Below, in pieces: positions 7,900 through 16,603 of a DNA stretch of 35,111 bases (its first letter is position 1; each line of letters begins with the position of its first letter). Source of the stretch: an uncultured bacterium. GTDB lineage: Bacteria; CAZDME01; JAYEMH01. A program made the translations under genes and the position numbers. The notes under the pieces were generated by a model, which was given only the letters and a program-made list of their open reading frames with translations, had not been told where the DNA came from and made no database searches. The stretch is from contig CAZDME010000006.1 of assembly GCA_964506785.1 (NCBI GenBank), forward strand, positions 1 through 35,111, in the 5' to 3' direction.

Positions 7900-8526
7900 T
7901 TATAATCGGCCTTTAGCAAATACCTTGTTTTTATCTGGATACCAAACAGTTACGATAACCAATTTATCAAATCCTGTTTGCATTTTATATGCCTTAGCGA
8001 GGTAGAGAGCGATTGATTCGACATTCTCTTTTGTTGTATATTTATCTGAAGTTAATCTTACCCATATTTGCCAATCACTACCTTCTGGATATTCGAAATA
8101 AGTAACCGCTGTGTTATTTAAGGCCCATGATTTAAAGTTTTCTTTTGCTTGTTCATTAAAACTTCCGTATCTCACCTTGTCTGCGCCCTTTGCCCGAACT
8201 GAAGTTTTCTTGCCGGAAGTATCTTCTTTGATTATATCCCCCATAGTCACATACTGACTAATCCACCCGTTTCTACCTTTATAATTGACTTCATACCAAG
8301 TAACGACAAGCATCCCGCTTCGGATTTCTTTTTTTGCTTTGATTTCGATTTTTGTCCCCGCTGGTATTTTGCCAAGTGAGCTCTTTCCATTTGGTACTTC
8401 ACGCAATGTTGCCGGAGCTGTTTTATCAATAACAACAAATTCTTTTATTTCCGCATGCCCATTCTTGATAGCGACAAACACAAAGAGTGTTAAAATCGAA
8501 ATAGTAAACAAATTCTTTCTGAACAT
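7900..8526 (-). CDS. Exported protein with a bacterial SH3-like domain and an unknown C-terminal domain
   Basis: Likely start MFRKNLFTISILTLFVFVAIKNGHA (signal peptide) at 8526. LREVP...GKIPAGTKIEI...WYEVNYKGRNGWIS matches the SH3b pattern. The longer ORF start runs through repeats. Confidence 0.7.
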   Translation of the reverse strand: MFRKNLFTISILTLFVFVAIKNGHAEIKEFVVIDKTAPATLREVPNGKSSLGKIPAGTKIEIKAKKEIRSGMLVVTWYEVNYKGRNGWISQYVTMGDIIKEDTSGKKTSVRAKGADKVRYGSFNEQAKENFKSWALNNTAVTYFEYPEGSDWQIWVRLTSDKYTTKENVESIALYLAKAYKMQTGFDKLVIVTVWYPDKNKVFAKGRL

Positions 8527-8653
8527 TTTTCCTAACAATAAATATGTCCCTCTTATTAGTGCTAAAAAAGGGTATCCCGTAACCGCTGCTTTTTGTTCGC
8601 CTGAGCCTGGCTGCCGGCAGACAGGCGTCAAGGTTGGCTCTTTTTCTTTTTGA

Positions 8654-8759
8654 ACAATAGAGCAATAGAACATTAGACCGCAATTGAGCATAGGTTCTAT
8701 TTTTCTATTTTCTATTGCTCAATTGCTCCGCCAATTTTAAGTCCAGACTTAAAATTGGC
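8654..8759. repeat. Inverted heptamer arrays (AATAGAG/TTCTATT) plus a 14-bp hairpin overlapping the tRNA-Gln 3' end
   Basis: GAGCAATAGAA versus TTCTATTGCTC; CAATTGAGCA versus TGCTCAATTG; GCCAATTTTAAGTC-CA-GACTTAAAATTGGC at 8730-8759. Confidence 0.75.
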
Positions 8760-8831
8760 TGCCTGGCTAGGGTTCGAACCTAGAATCTCCTGATCCAGAG
8801 TCAGGCGTGTTGCCAGCTACACCACCAGGCA
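8756..8831 (-). tRNA. tRNA-Gln(CTG)
   Basis: TGCCTGG/CCAGGCA acceptor stem (U1-A72), anticodon arm CCTGA-CTCTGGA-TCAGG, GGTTCGAACCC, encoded CCA. Confidence 0.95.
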
Positions 8832-8915
8832 ATTTTCGGAAAACAGAATACAGAATACAGAAAAACAAAAAAATCATCTATCTGATTTCTGTCTTCTGAC
8901 TTCGGTCTTCTATAA

Positions 8916-10211
8916 TTACTGCTTCAGTCTCTTTATACATTTCTCCCGGCCCAGTATCGCCATCGTCTCGAACAAACCGGGGCTGACCGCTCTTCCTGTC
9001 AGGGCCACCCGGACAGGGTGAATTAAATCCCCGCTTTTTAAATTTAATTCTTTGGCTAAACCGCGGCAGGTCTTTTCTATTTCTTCCTCTTCGAAGCTCT
9101 CAAGCTTTTCCAGCTTTTCTCCCAGCAGTTTGAAGGCTTCGGGGATATACTCCCTTTTTAAAAACTTTTCCCGGACTTCCGGGTCAATCTTTATATCGTC
9201 TAAAAAGAAAAAATCCGCCTGTTCTTTCAATTGGCCGATATATTTAATCCTGGTTCTAAATAAGTTAAGCACCTTTTTCAGCCAGTTTAAATCTATTTTC
9301 TTATCGACAAAACCAATAGATTTCAAATATTTTGCCGCCGTATCAACTGCCTTATCCAGGTTTATTTCCGCAAAATAGCTTCCATTCATCCAGTTAAGTT
9401 TGTCTAAATCGAAAATTGCCCCTTTTTTCCCCACCGCTTCCAGAGAAAACAGCTCTATTATCTCCTCAACCTTCATTTTTTCCCGGTTATCCTTGGGCGA
9501 CCAGCCGAGCAGAGCCAAATAGTTAAGCACCGCTTCCGGTAAATAACCTTCCTTTTGATAATAATCCAAAGCTGTCGCTCCGTGCCGCTTGCTCAGACGG
9601 CTGCCGTCCGGCCCCAGAATTAAAGGCAGATGGGCAAATTGCGGCACTGGTAGGCCCAGGGCTTCATAAAGAGCGATTTGCTTGGGGGTGTTGGAGATAT
9701 GGTCATCGCCTCGGATAACATGGGTAATTGAGAGAAGGGCATCATCGATAACACAGGCTAAATTATAGGTCGGTGTCTGGTCGCCCCGGAGAATGACAAA
9801 ATTACCCAATTCTTGATTATCTATTTTAATCATCCCATGGACCAAGTCGTTAAATTTGGTCATTCCTTCCGGCATCAGAAATTCGATAGCCTCACCCTTT
9901 TCTTTTCCGGGAATCCTCCGGGCTTTTCCTTCGTCAACCAGCCTCTGGGCAAATTCGCGGTGCTTATCGATAAATTTACTCTGGTAGATTGGTCCCTCGT
10001 CCCAGCTCAAACCTAACCATTTAAGCCCGTCGATAATCGAAGCTAACGCCTCAGGCTGGGTTCGTTCCCGGTCAGTATCTTCTATTCGCAGGAGAAAACT
10101 GCCTTTGTAATGCCTGGCAAACAGCCAATTAAATAAAGCGGTGCGGGCTCCTCCGATATGGAGGTATCCGGTCGGGCTGGGAGCAAAACGCACCTTTATC
10201 TTTTCAGTCAT
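8916..10211 (-). CDS. gltX: Glutamate--tRNA ligase
   Basis: VRFAPSPTGYLHIGG (HIGH), RIEDTD, IRGDDH, RLSKR (KMSKS). Start placed at MTEKIKVRF with SD AAAAGG. Confidence 0.95.
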   Translation of the reverse strand: MTEKIKVRFAPSPTGYLHIGGARTALFNWLFARHYKGSFLLRIEDTDRERTQPEALASIIDGLKWLGLSWDEGPIYQSKFIDKHREFAQRLVDEGKARRIPGKEKGEAIEFLMPEGMTKFNDLVHGMIKIDNQELGNFVILRGDQTPTYNLACVIDDALLSITHVIRGDDHISNTPKQIALYEALGLPVPQFAHLPLILGPDGSRLSKRHGATALDYYQKEGYLPEAVLNYLALLGWSPKDNREKMKVEEIIELFSLEAVGKKGAIFDLDKLNWMNGSYFAEINLDKAVDTAAKYLKSIGFVDKKIDLNWLKKVLNLFRTRIKYIGQLKEQADFFFLDDIKIDPEVREKFLKREYIPEAFKLLGEKLEKLESFEEEEIEKTCRGLAKELNLKSGDLIHPVRVALTGRAVSPGLFETMAILGREKCIKRLKQ

Positions 10212-10213
10212 AG

Positions 10214-10759
10214 TTAACCTTTTGTCCAATCCAGTCCCTGTTGGAGCGCCTCTAAATTAAGCGCCAAAAGTTTTTCTTTCTTTCCGCTCAAAACCGCTTT
10301 CAGGGCTTTTTTGACCGCTTCCAGGGAAATTATTTTATTTTTGCCTAAGAACGCGCCCAGAGCGACTAAGTTGGCAATGCGAATTTCGCCGATTTTCCGG
10401 GCGATTTCCGTCGCCGGGACCCAAACCGCTTTTATTCCCTCCGGCAGGGAGACCTTTTTCGCTAAGGAGGAATTTATAACCGCTAAACTCTCTTTTTTCA
10501 TCCGCGGCACGAATTTTTTCACTGAGGGTTCATTTAAAAAAATGGCCGAGTCGGACTCTTTAAATATTGGCGAGGCGATTTCCTCGCCGGATATAACCAC
10601 CAGGCAATGAGCCGTACCCCCTCTCATTTCCGCTCCATAAGAAGGGAAATAAGTGGTAGCTTTATTTTCTTCTAAAGCCGCCTGGCACAAAACCTTACCG
10701 GTAAATAAAACCCCTTGTCCGCCAAAGCCGGCGATAACTATTTTCTCCGTTTTTTTCAT
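10214..10759 (-). CDS. 2-oxoacid:ferredoxin oxidoreductase gamma subunit
   Basis: AGFGGQGV, PSYGAEMRGG, ANLVALGA. An alternative start lies at 10768. Confidence 0.92.
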   Translation of the reverse strand: MKKTEKIVIAGFGGQGVLFTGKVLCQAALEENKATTYFPSYGAEMRGGTAHCLVVISGEEIASPIFKESDSAIFLNEPSVKKFVPRMKKESLAVINSSLAKKVSLPEGIKAVWVPATEIARKIGEIRIANLVALGAFLGKNKIISLEAVKKALKAVLSGKKEKLLALNLEALQQGLDWTKG

Positions 10760-10855
10760 TTGGTCCATTCCCAGTTACGCCACTTTTAATCTCTTTCCGG
10801 ATTATAAAGATGCTCTTTTCTTCATCCTGTTAATTTTATCTTTTCATTCCCCCGG

Positions 10856-11593
10856 TTAATCGGTATCTTTGATAACCCCCAGGGGAAATGTTTTTGCCAT
10901 TTCTTTTTCAATCCATTCAACTGATGCTTGGGGCGATAGGCCCCAGTTGGTCGGGCAGGGCGAAAGTATTTCCACCAGGCTAAAGCCCTTATTCTCGATT
11001 TGATTTTCTATCGCTTTTTTTATCGCTTTTTTTGCCTTTAAAATCGACGCCGGATTATGGACCGATTCCCGGCTTAAAAAAACCACCCCATCCAGGACCT
11101 TCAGCATTTCCGTAACCTTCAAAGGATAACCTTCCCTTTTTTTATCTCTTCCGATGGGGGAAGTGGTGGTTTTTTGTCCTAAAATTGTCGTCGGGGCCAT
11201 CTGCCCGCCGGTCATCCCGTAAACGGCGTTATTAACAAAGAAGACGCTGATATTTTCTCCCCGGTTAGCCGCATGGATTATTTCCGCCGTGCCGATGGCA
11301 GCCAAATCCCCGTCTCCCTGGTAAGTAAAAACAATATTGTCCGGAAGCGCCCGTTTTATTCCCGTGGCCACCGCCGGCGTCCGTCCATGAGCCGCTTCGG
11401 TGACATCGAAATTAAAATAATCGTAAGCTAAAACGGCGCAGCCTACCGGGGCGACACCGATAGTCTTCTCGCGGACATCCAATTCATCGATTGCTTCGGC
11501 GATAAGGCGATGGACGATTCCATGCCCGCATCCCGGACAATAATGGGTCGGTTTCTCGGTTAAACTTTTGGGCCGGCTAAAGATTTTTTTCAT
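10856..11593 (-). CDS. 2-oxoacid:ferredoxin oxidoreductase beta (TPP-binding) subunit, Vor-type
   Basis: YCPGCGHG, VGC, HGR, QGDGDLAAIG, NNAVYGMTGGQMAPTT, SPCPTNW. Confidence 0.93.
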   Translation of the reverse strand: MKKIFSRPKSLTEKPTHYCPGCGHGIVHRLIAEAIDELDVREKTIGVAPVGCAVLAYDYFNFDVTEAAHGRTPAVATGIKRALPDNIVFTYQGDGDLAAIGTAEIIHAANRGENISVFFVNNAVYGMTGGQMAPTTILGQKTTTSPIGRDKKREGYPLKVTEMLKVLDGVVFLSRESVHNPASILKAKKAIKKAIENQIENKGFSLVEILSPCPTNWGLSPQASVEWIEKEMAKTFPLGVIKDTD

Positions 11594-11625
11594 CTACAAT
11601 TACTGCCTTTGATAATTTAATCATT

Positions 11626-12678
11626 CTACCATTGTTTTATGATGTTATAAATTTCATCCGGAGTGAAATAGGCGCCGCCTAATTTTCCCGAAAATTCTAC
11701 CGGGCATCTTCCTTCTACGGCCAGGCGGACATCTTCCAGCATCTGTCCGGCGCTCATTTCCAGGGTCAAAATCTTTTTTAATCCCTTTGATAATTCTCCG
11801 AGGCGCTTTTCAGGGAAAGGCCAGAGACTGATAGGTCTGAATAGACCCGCGGCTATTCCTTCTTTCCTGGCTCTGGTTATCGCTTCCTTGGCTGCCCGGG
11901 CAACCGTGCCATAAGCGGCAATTAAAAACTCTGCATTTTTTGTCTGGATTTCCTCCCAGCGCCGTTCCTTATTTTTTATTTTTTGGTATTTTTCCTGTAG
12001 TTTCAGATTATGCCTTTCTAAATTACCTTCCCCCAGGCGCAGGGATAAAATGCGCCGCGGCTCTCTTCCCTTACACCCTCTTAAAACCCAATCCTCTTTT
12101 TTGCTATGAACCCGGTCTCCTGGGCTATGAGCCAATTCTACCGCCTCCCTCATCTGGGCTAAAATTCCGTCTCCTAAAATTATCACCGGAGTGCGGTATT
12201 TATCGGCTAAATCAAAGGCATCCATCGTCAAATTAAAGGCTTCCTGAAGAGAAGCCGGTGCCAGCACTATCGAGTGATAATCACCGTGTCCCCCTCCCTT
12301 GGTTGCCTGGAAATAATCGGCCTGGCTGCCCGATATATTGCCCAATCCCGGCCCGCCCCGCATCAAATTTACAATAACCGCCGGTAACTCGGCTCCGGCC
12401 ATATAAGAAATTCCTTCCTGCTTAAGGCTTATCCCCGGGCTGGAAGAAGAAGTCATCGCCCTTTCTCCGGTTAAAGACGAGCCAAAGACCATATTAATGG
12501 CCGCCAATTCGCTTTCTGATTGAATAAAGGTGCCGCCTACCTCTATCATCCGTTTGGCCATATGCGCCGTTAATTCATTCTGCGGCGTAATCGGATAGCC
12601 ATAATAGAAACGGCAGCCGGCCTGGATGGCCGCTTCGCCGATAGCCTCGTTTCCGCTCATTAATATTTTTTTATTCAT
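11626..12678 (-). CDS. vorB: 2-oxoacid:ferredoxin oxidoreductase alpha subunit (3-methyl-2-oxobutanoate dehydrogenase VorB-like)
   Basis: GNEAIGEAAI, GYPITPQ, QSESE, TSSSSPGISLKQE, RGGPGLG, EMSAGQM. Confidence 0.88.
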   Translation of the reverse strand: MNKKILMSGNEAIGEAAIQAGCRFYYGYPITPQNELTAHMAKRMIEVGGTFIQSESELAAINMVFGSSLTGERAMTSSSSPGISLKQEGISYMAGAELPAVIVNLMRGGPGLGNISGSQADYFQATKGGGHGDYHSIVLAPASLQEAFNLTMDAFDLADKYRTPVIILGDGILAQMREAVELAHSPGDRVHSKKEDWVLRGCKGREPRRILSLRLGEGNLERHNLKLQEKYQKIKNKERRWEEIQTKNAEFLIAAYGTVARAAKEAITRARKEGIAAGLFRPISLWPFPEKRLGELSKGLKKILTLEMSAGQMLEDVRLAVEGRCPVEFSGKLGGAYFTPDEIYNIIKQW

Positions 12679-12880
12679 CTTTCAAAATCTCTATAGCCGC
12701 TTCCGGGCAGATTAAGGCGCACTGCTGGCAGGCCAGGCACTCCTCCATCTTTTCAACCTTGACCGCATAATAGCCTTTGCGGTTAAGCTGGCCGCTTGTT
12801 TTGATTAAATGCCGGGGGCAAACCGCAATACATAAATTACAGCCCTTGCAGCGTTCGGTATCGATAATAATTTTAGGCAT
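12671..12880 (-). CDS. 2[4Fe-4S] ferredoxin (oxidoreductase delta subunit)
   Basis: CKGCNLCIAVCP and CLACQQCALICP. Confidence 0.92.
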   Translation of the reverse strand: MPKIIIDTERCKGCNLCIAVCPRHLIKTSGQLNRKGYYAVKVEKMEECLACQQCALICPEAAIEILKDE

Positions 12881-13754
12881 AGCTTGAATGTCCCCGTTCT
12901 CCCCAGCAAAGTTTCTCGCGTAAAACCTGATAATAATTTCTCCGGGGCGAAACGATTAATTTCAATTTAGCCGGCGCTTTTTTAATGGACACCGTCTCAT
13001 CGACGGAAAGATTAACCACTACCTGCCCGTCCATAGTGGCGCAAACATCGCGGGTCCGCGTTACCGGTTTAGTTTTTACTTGGACTTCTTTATTGGCCGG
13101 AATAATCAAAGGCCGGTTGGCTAAAGTATGCGGGCAAATCGGGGTTAATATAATTCCCTCCAGGCTTGCCTCCATAATTGGCCCGCCGGCAGACAGCGAA
13201 TGGCCGGTTGAGCCGGTTGGAGTAGAGACAATCAGCCCGTCGGCCTGGTAAGTAGTTACATAGTTACGGTCGATAAAAATTTCTAAATGCAAAAGGCGGG
13301 CGATACTCCTTTTGGCTAAAACCAATTCATTTAGGACTATGAATTTGGTTTCCTTCCGGCCCTTTTTTGCTATTTTGACCTCGAGCCGCATCCTTTCTTC
13401 TGTCTTAAAGTTCCCGGCCAATATTTTTGTAAGCTCCTTATAAATCTCCGAATAGCCTATCTCCGTAATGAATCCTAACCCTCCCAGGTTAACCCCCAGG
13501 ATGGGCACTCTATCGATATTTTTAACCCGGCCAACTCTAAGGAGTGTCCCGTCTCCTCCCAGAGAAATCAATAAATCCGCCTGGCTGGCTATTTTTTGGA
13601 TAGATAACGGACGGTTTTTCCCTTTAATCCCCGCGGCTGATTCTTCGTCTAATATTACCGTTTTTCCCTTTTTTACTAACCACCGGGAAAGTTCCTTGAC
13701 TATTGATTTCGCGTTTTTCTTCTTCAAATTCGCCACAATTCCGATTTTTTTCAT
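12873..13754 (-). CDS. nadK: NAD kinase
   Basis: LGGDGTLL, GVNLGGLGF, LNE, DGLIVSTPTGSTGHSLSAGGP, ICPH, DGQ. Confidence 0.95.
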   Translation of the reverse strand: MKKIGIVANLKKKNAKSIVKELSRWLVKKGKTVILDEESAAGIKGKNRPLSIQKIASQADLLISLGGDGTLLRVGRVKNIDRVPILGVNLGGLGFITEIGYSEIYKELTKILAGNFKTEERMRLEVKIAKKGRKETKFIVLNELVLAKRSIARLLHLEIFIDRNYVTTYQADGLIVSTPTGSTGHSLSAGGPIMEASLEGIILTPICPHTLANRPLIIPANKEVQVKTKPVTRTRDVCATMDGQVVVNLSVDETVSIKKAPAKLKLIVSPRRNYYQVLREKLCWGERGHSSYA

Positions 13755-14206
13755 CTCTTCCCCTCTTTAAAATCAAATTTTTTAGGAAATAGCAGCTCGT
13801 GATAAATTTCCTTCCCTTCTTCTTTTAGAACTTTACCGAATTCAAAAAATAAAGGGAACCATTCCTCCCAGCGGTTTTCTTCCGCCTCTTTTAAGTAATC
13901 TTCCTCGGCTTTATCCGTTGTCCCTTCAGAAAAAAAAGTCCGTTCGATTTCCTTCAAATCCACCTCTTTCTCGGGACTGGGGCTTTTCATATATAACGAC
14001 TCCAGGGCTTCCTTTGCTTTCTCCCTGGTGGAGTAACTCGCCTCATAAAATTTTTCTTCGGGATAGGCTGTTCCTTTGGGCGTTAAATCTTCCTCTTCCG
14101 CCCGGCTCAAACTGGAGATTGCAAAAAGCGCAATTAAAAGCAAGCAAAAACAGGGTAAATAAATTGCGATAGTTTCTTTTCTTTTTATCCTTTTTTCATT
14201 ACTCAT
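13751..14206 (-). CDS. Hypothetical exported acidic protein
   Basis: Basic N-terminus, hydrophobic stretch and SRA-EEE cleavage-like site; stop overlaps the nadK ATG; no recognised family. Confidence 0.6.
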   Translation of the reverse strand: MSNEKRIKRKETIAIYLPCFCLLLIALFAISSLSRAEEEDLTPKGTAYPEEKFYEASYSTREKAKEALESLYMKSPSPEKEVDLKEIERTFFSEGTTDKAEEDYLKEAEENRWEEWFPLFFEFGKVLKEEGKEIYHELLFPKKFDFKEGKR

Positions 14207-14400
14207 TTCACATTACACTTTACACAATTCTATCACACATTACACAATTCCTATGGAATCTCTCTTTTTCTCTTTTTCTCTTTTTCTCTTTTATCTTTTC
14301 TTTTATCTTTTGCCAAGAGCCATGAGCCATGAACCATCAGCCACTTTTCCATTACACATAGCACATCACACATAAAACATTACACAATTTTATCACACAT
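14204..14400. repeat. Composite intergenic repeat: 51-bp TTACACA module, pyrimidine tract, GAGCCAT heptamers and a second TTACACA tract
   Basis: 51-bp module at 14204-14254; GAGCCATGAGCCATGAACCATCAGCCA at about 14317-14343; TACACAATTTTATCACACAT at 14381-14400 forms the 3' end of dxs. Confidence 0.85.
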
Positions 14401-16263
14401 CGCTTTAAATTTTTTAACGATACCCTCCGCCGATAACCCGTATAACTCTAAAAGCTCCCCTCTTCTCCCTGCTTCGATAAATTTATCGGGAATCGCCAAC
14501 TGGCTTACTTTGACATCTTCTGCTTTCCGCTCTGCTAACAATTTCAAGATGGCGCTGCCTAATCCGCCGATCAGGCTATGTTCCTCAACCACCAGGACCT
14601 TTTTATTTCTCTCTATCGCCTCGATAATTAAGGATTCATCCAGCGGTTTAACAAACCGGGCGTTAATTACCTCGATTTCTATCCCCTCCCGGCTGAGGCT
14701 TTTTCCTGCTTTTAAAGCGGGATAAACCATGCTTCCTATCGCTATAATCAGGCCGTCTTTGCCATTTTTCAATATCTCGCCTTTTCCGAGCGGAACCGCT
14801 TTTATCTCCGCGGATAAATTTTCATCCGGGCAAAAATCTCTGGGATAGCGCAAGGACATCGGTCTCTTAAGGGAAAGAGCCGTCTTAAGCAAACTTCTCA
14901 ATTCCTCTCCGTCTTTCGGCGCAGAGACTACCATATTCGGCAAACTGCTTAGATAGGCAAAATCAAAGAGGCCATGATGGGTCGGGCCGTCCTGGCCGAC
15001 AATTCCGGCCCTATCTACTGCCAGGATGACCGGGGCTTCCTGAAGGCAAAGCTCATGAAAAATCTGGTCATAGGCGCGCTGGAGAAAAGTAGAATAAATA
15101 GCCACTACCGGGCGAAAACCCTTAAGAGAAAGCCCCGCCGCAAATCCTAACGCATGCTGCTCAGAAATACCGGTATCAAAAAATCGCTCTGGAAACTCCG
15201 TGGCAAATTTATCTAAGCCGGTGCCGTACGGCATCCCGGCGGTTATGGCCACAATATTTTTGCTTGAACGGGCCAAATCGGCTAAAGTTTCGCTAAAAAT
15301 TTTTGTATAGGTTGATTTATCAGGGGAAGGGCTTTTTTCTCCGGTATCTACATTAAACGGCGGTGTGCTGTGAAACTTCCAGGGTTTCTGCTCGGCGAAT
15401 TTGTATCCTTTTCCTTTTTTGGTCAAAACATGGACCAGGGTCGGCTTACCGTTTATTTTTGTCAGGTTTTTAACGGTGTCAATCAAAGTGGGCAAATTAT
15501 GGCCGTCAATCGGGCCGATATAACGGAATCCTAATTCTTCGAAAAGAATGCCGGGGACCAGTAATGATTTTAAGCTTTCTTCGACCCGTTTGGCAATTTT
15601 AAGCATTTTTCCGCCAATCGCCGGAACTTTCTTCAGAAGAAATTCAACATCCTTTTTAAAGCGGTTATACATCGGGGTGGTAATAATCCTGTTCAGGTAA
15701 TTGGATAATGCCCCGACGCTTTTAGCAATACCCATTTCATTATCGTTTAAGATAACAATCAAATTTTTCTGGAGATGGCCGATATGATTTAAGCCTTCGA
15801 AAGCCATTCCCGCCATTAGCGAGGCGTCTCCGATTACTGCCACCACTTTTTCTTTCGTTTTCAATAAATCCCTCGCCGCCGCTATTCCCAATGCTGTCGA
15901 AAGCGCCGTGCTGCTATGCCCGGTAGTAACCAGGTCATAAGGGCTTTCGCCTTTTTTAGGAAAGCCGCTTATTCCCCGGTATTGCCGTAATGTTTTAAAA
16001 GCTTCTTTTCTTCCGGTCAGAAGCTTATGGGGATAAATCTGGTGGCCGACATCCCAAAAAACCTTGTCTTTATCCAAATCCAGGACATAATAGAGGGCTA
16101 AGGTTAATTCGACCACCCCTAAGTTAGAGGCCAAATGCCCTCCGTTTTGTGCGACCGTATCAATAATCTCCCGGCGGATTTCTTCGGCTAAAACCGTCAA
16201 ATCCTTGATTGTTAACTTTTTTAAATCGTTGGGGTTTTTGATATTTGAAAGTATTTTCGCCAT
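14380..16263 (-). CDS. dxs: 1-deoxy-D-xylulose-5-phosphate synthase
   Basis: GGHLASNLG, WDVGHQ, GHSST, GDA...NDN, GPIDGH, DRAG..GQDGPTHHG, LRYPR. Confidence 0.97.
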   Translation of the reverse strand: MAKILSNIKNPNDLKKLTIKDLTVLAEEIRREIIDTVAQNGGHLASNLGVVELTLALYYVLDLDKDKVFWDVGHQIYPHKLLTGRKEAFKTLRQYRGISGFPKKGESPYDLVTTGHSSTALSTALGIAAARDLLKTKEKVVAVIGDASLMAGMAFEGLNHIGHLQKNLIVILNDNEMGIAKSVGALSNYLNRIITTPMYNRFKKDVEFLLKKVPAIGGKMLKIAKRVEESLKSLLVPGILFEELGFRYIGPIDGHNLPTLIDTVKNLTKINGKPTLVHVLTKKGKGYKFAEQKPWKFHSTPPFNVDTGEKSPSPDKSTYTKIFSETLADLARSSKNIVAITAGMPYGTGLDKFATEFPERFFDTGISEQHALGFAAGLSLKGFRPVVAIYSTFLQRAYDQIFHELCLQEAPVILAVDRAGIVGQDGPTHHGLFDFAYLSSLPNMVVSAPKDGEELRSLLKTALSLKRPMSLRYPRDFCPDENLSAEIKAVPLGKGEILKNGKDGLIIAIGSMVYPALKAGKSLSREGIEIEVINARFVKPLDESLIIEAIERNKKVLVVEEHSLIGGLGSAILKLLAERKAEDVKVSQLAIPDKFIEAGRRGELLELYGLSAEGIVKKFKAMCDKIV

Positions 16264-16278
16264 TTCGGTCCTGTAAAT

Positions 16279-16530
16279 CTAAAAAAGCAAATCTTCTTTT
16301 TTCTTCTCTCCTAAGACAAAGGGTTCTTTTTTAATTTTCCCGGCTTCATCTTTAACCAGGATCTCGAATTTACTCTCCGCCTCTTTAAGCCTTTTTGAAC
16401 AAATGCGGGAAAGTTTTATTCCCTCTTCGAATTTTTTTAAAGCGGTATTGAGCGTTAAATTTTCTTTTTCCAAATCCGCGACAATTTTTTCTAACTTCTT
16501 TAACGCGTCTTCAAATTTAATCTCCGCCAT
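16279..16530 (-). CDS. xseB: Exodeoxyribonuclease VII small subunit
   Basis: MAEIKFEDALKKLEKIVADLE...FEEGIKLSRIC..RLKEAE; SD AGGAG before the ATG at 16530. Confidence 0.93.
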   Translation of the reverse strand: MAEIKFEDALKKLEKIVADLEKENLTLNTALKKFEEGIKLSRICSKRLKEAESKFEILVKDEAGKIKKEPFVLGEKKKEDLLF

Positions 16531-16603
16531 CTCTTTCTCCTCTACAGGCCATTGTTTCTGGCCATTATCCCTCACTCATGCTTGTATTTTATTTTTTTCC
16601 CTG

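Larger units (their letters stand above)
6484..8765. mobile_element. Integrase-less genomic islet inserted at the 3' end of tRNA-Gln (Fic and SH3 cargo)
   Basis: The 12-bp direct repeat ATTGGCTGCCTG occurs at 6484-6495 and 8754-8765 and equals the tRNA-Gln 3' end. Removing the islet restores a Gln-Glu tRNA tandem with a 2-nt spacer. The cargo is AT-richer than the flanks. Confidence 0.7.

Noticed and set aside
8527-8691. N-terminal extension of the SH3 protein given by the ORF track
   Set aside because: It runs through heptamer and REP-like repeats (CCTGGCTGCCGGCAGACAGG). The signal peptide begins at the ATG at 8526.
6496-8753. Prophage or integrase gene within the tRNA islet
   Set aside because: No recombinase, transposase or phage ORF is detectable on either strand.
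10769-10855. Possible small gene or remnant between the oxidoreductase beta and gamma subunits
   Set aside because: Only very short frames with stops (MKR*, MKKRASL*); nothing supportable.
14259-14311. Pyrimidine tract (CTCTTTTT)n as a terminator
   Set aside because: It reads as purine-rich on the transcribed strand and has no GC stem. It is treated as part of the low-complexity repeat block.
16531-16575. Longer xseB start (MRDNGQKQW...)
   Set aside because: Family similarity and a good SD support the ATG at 16530.
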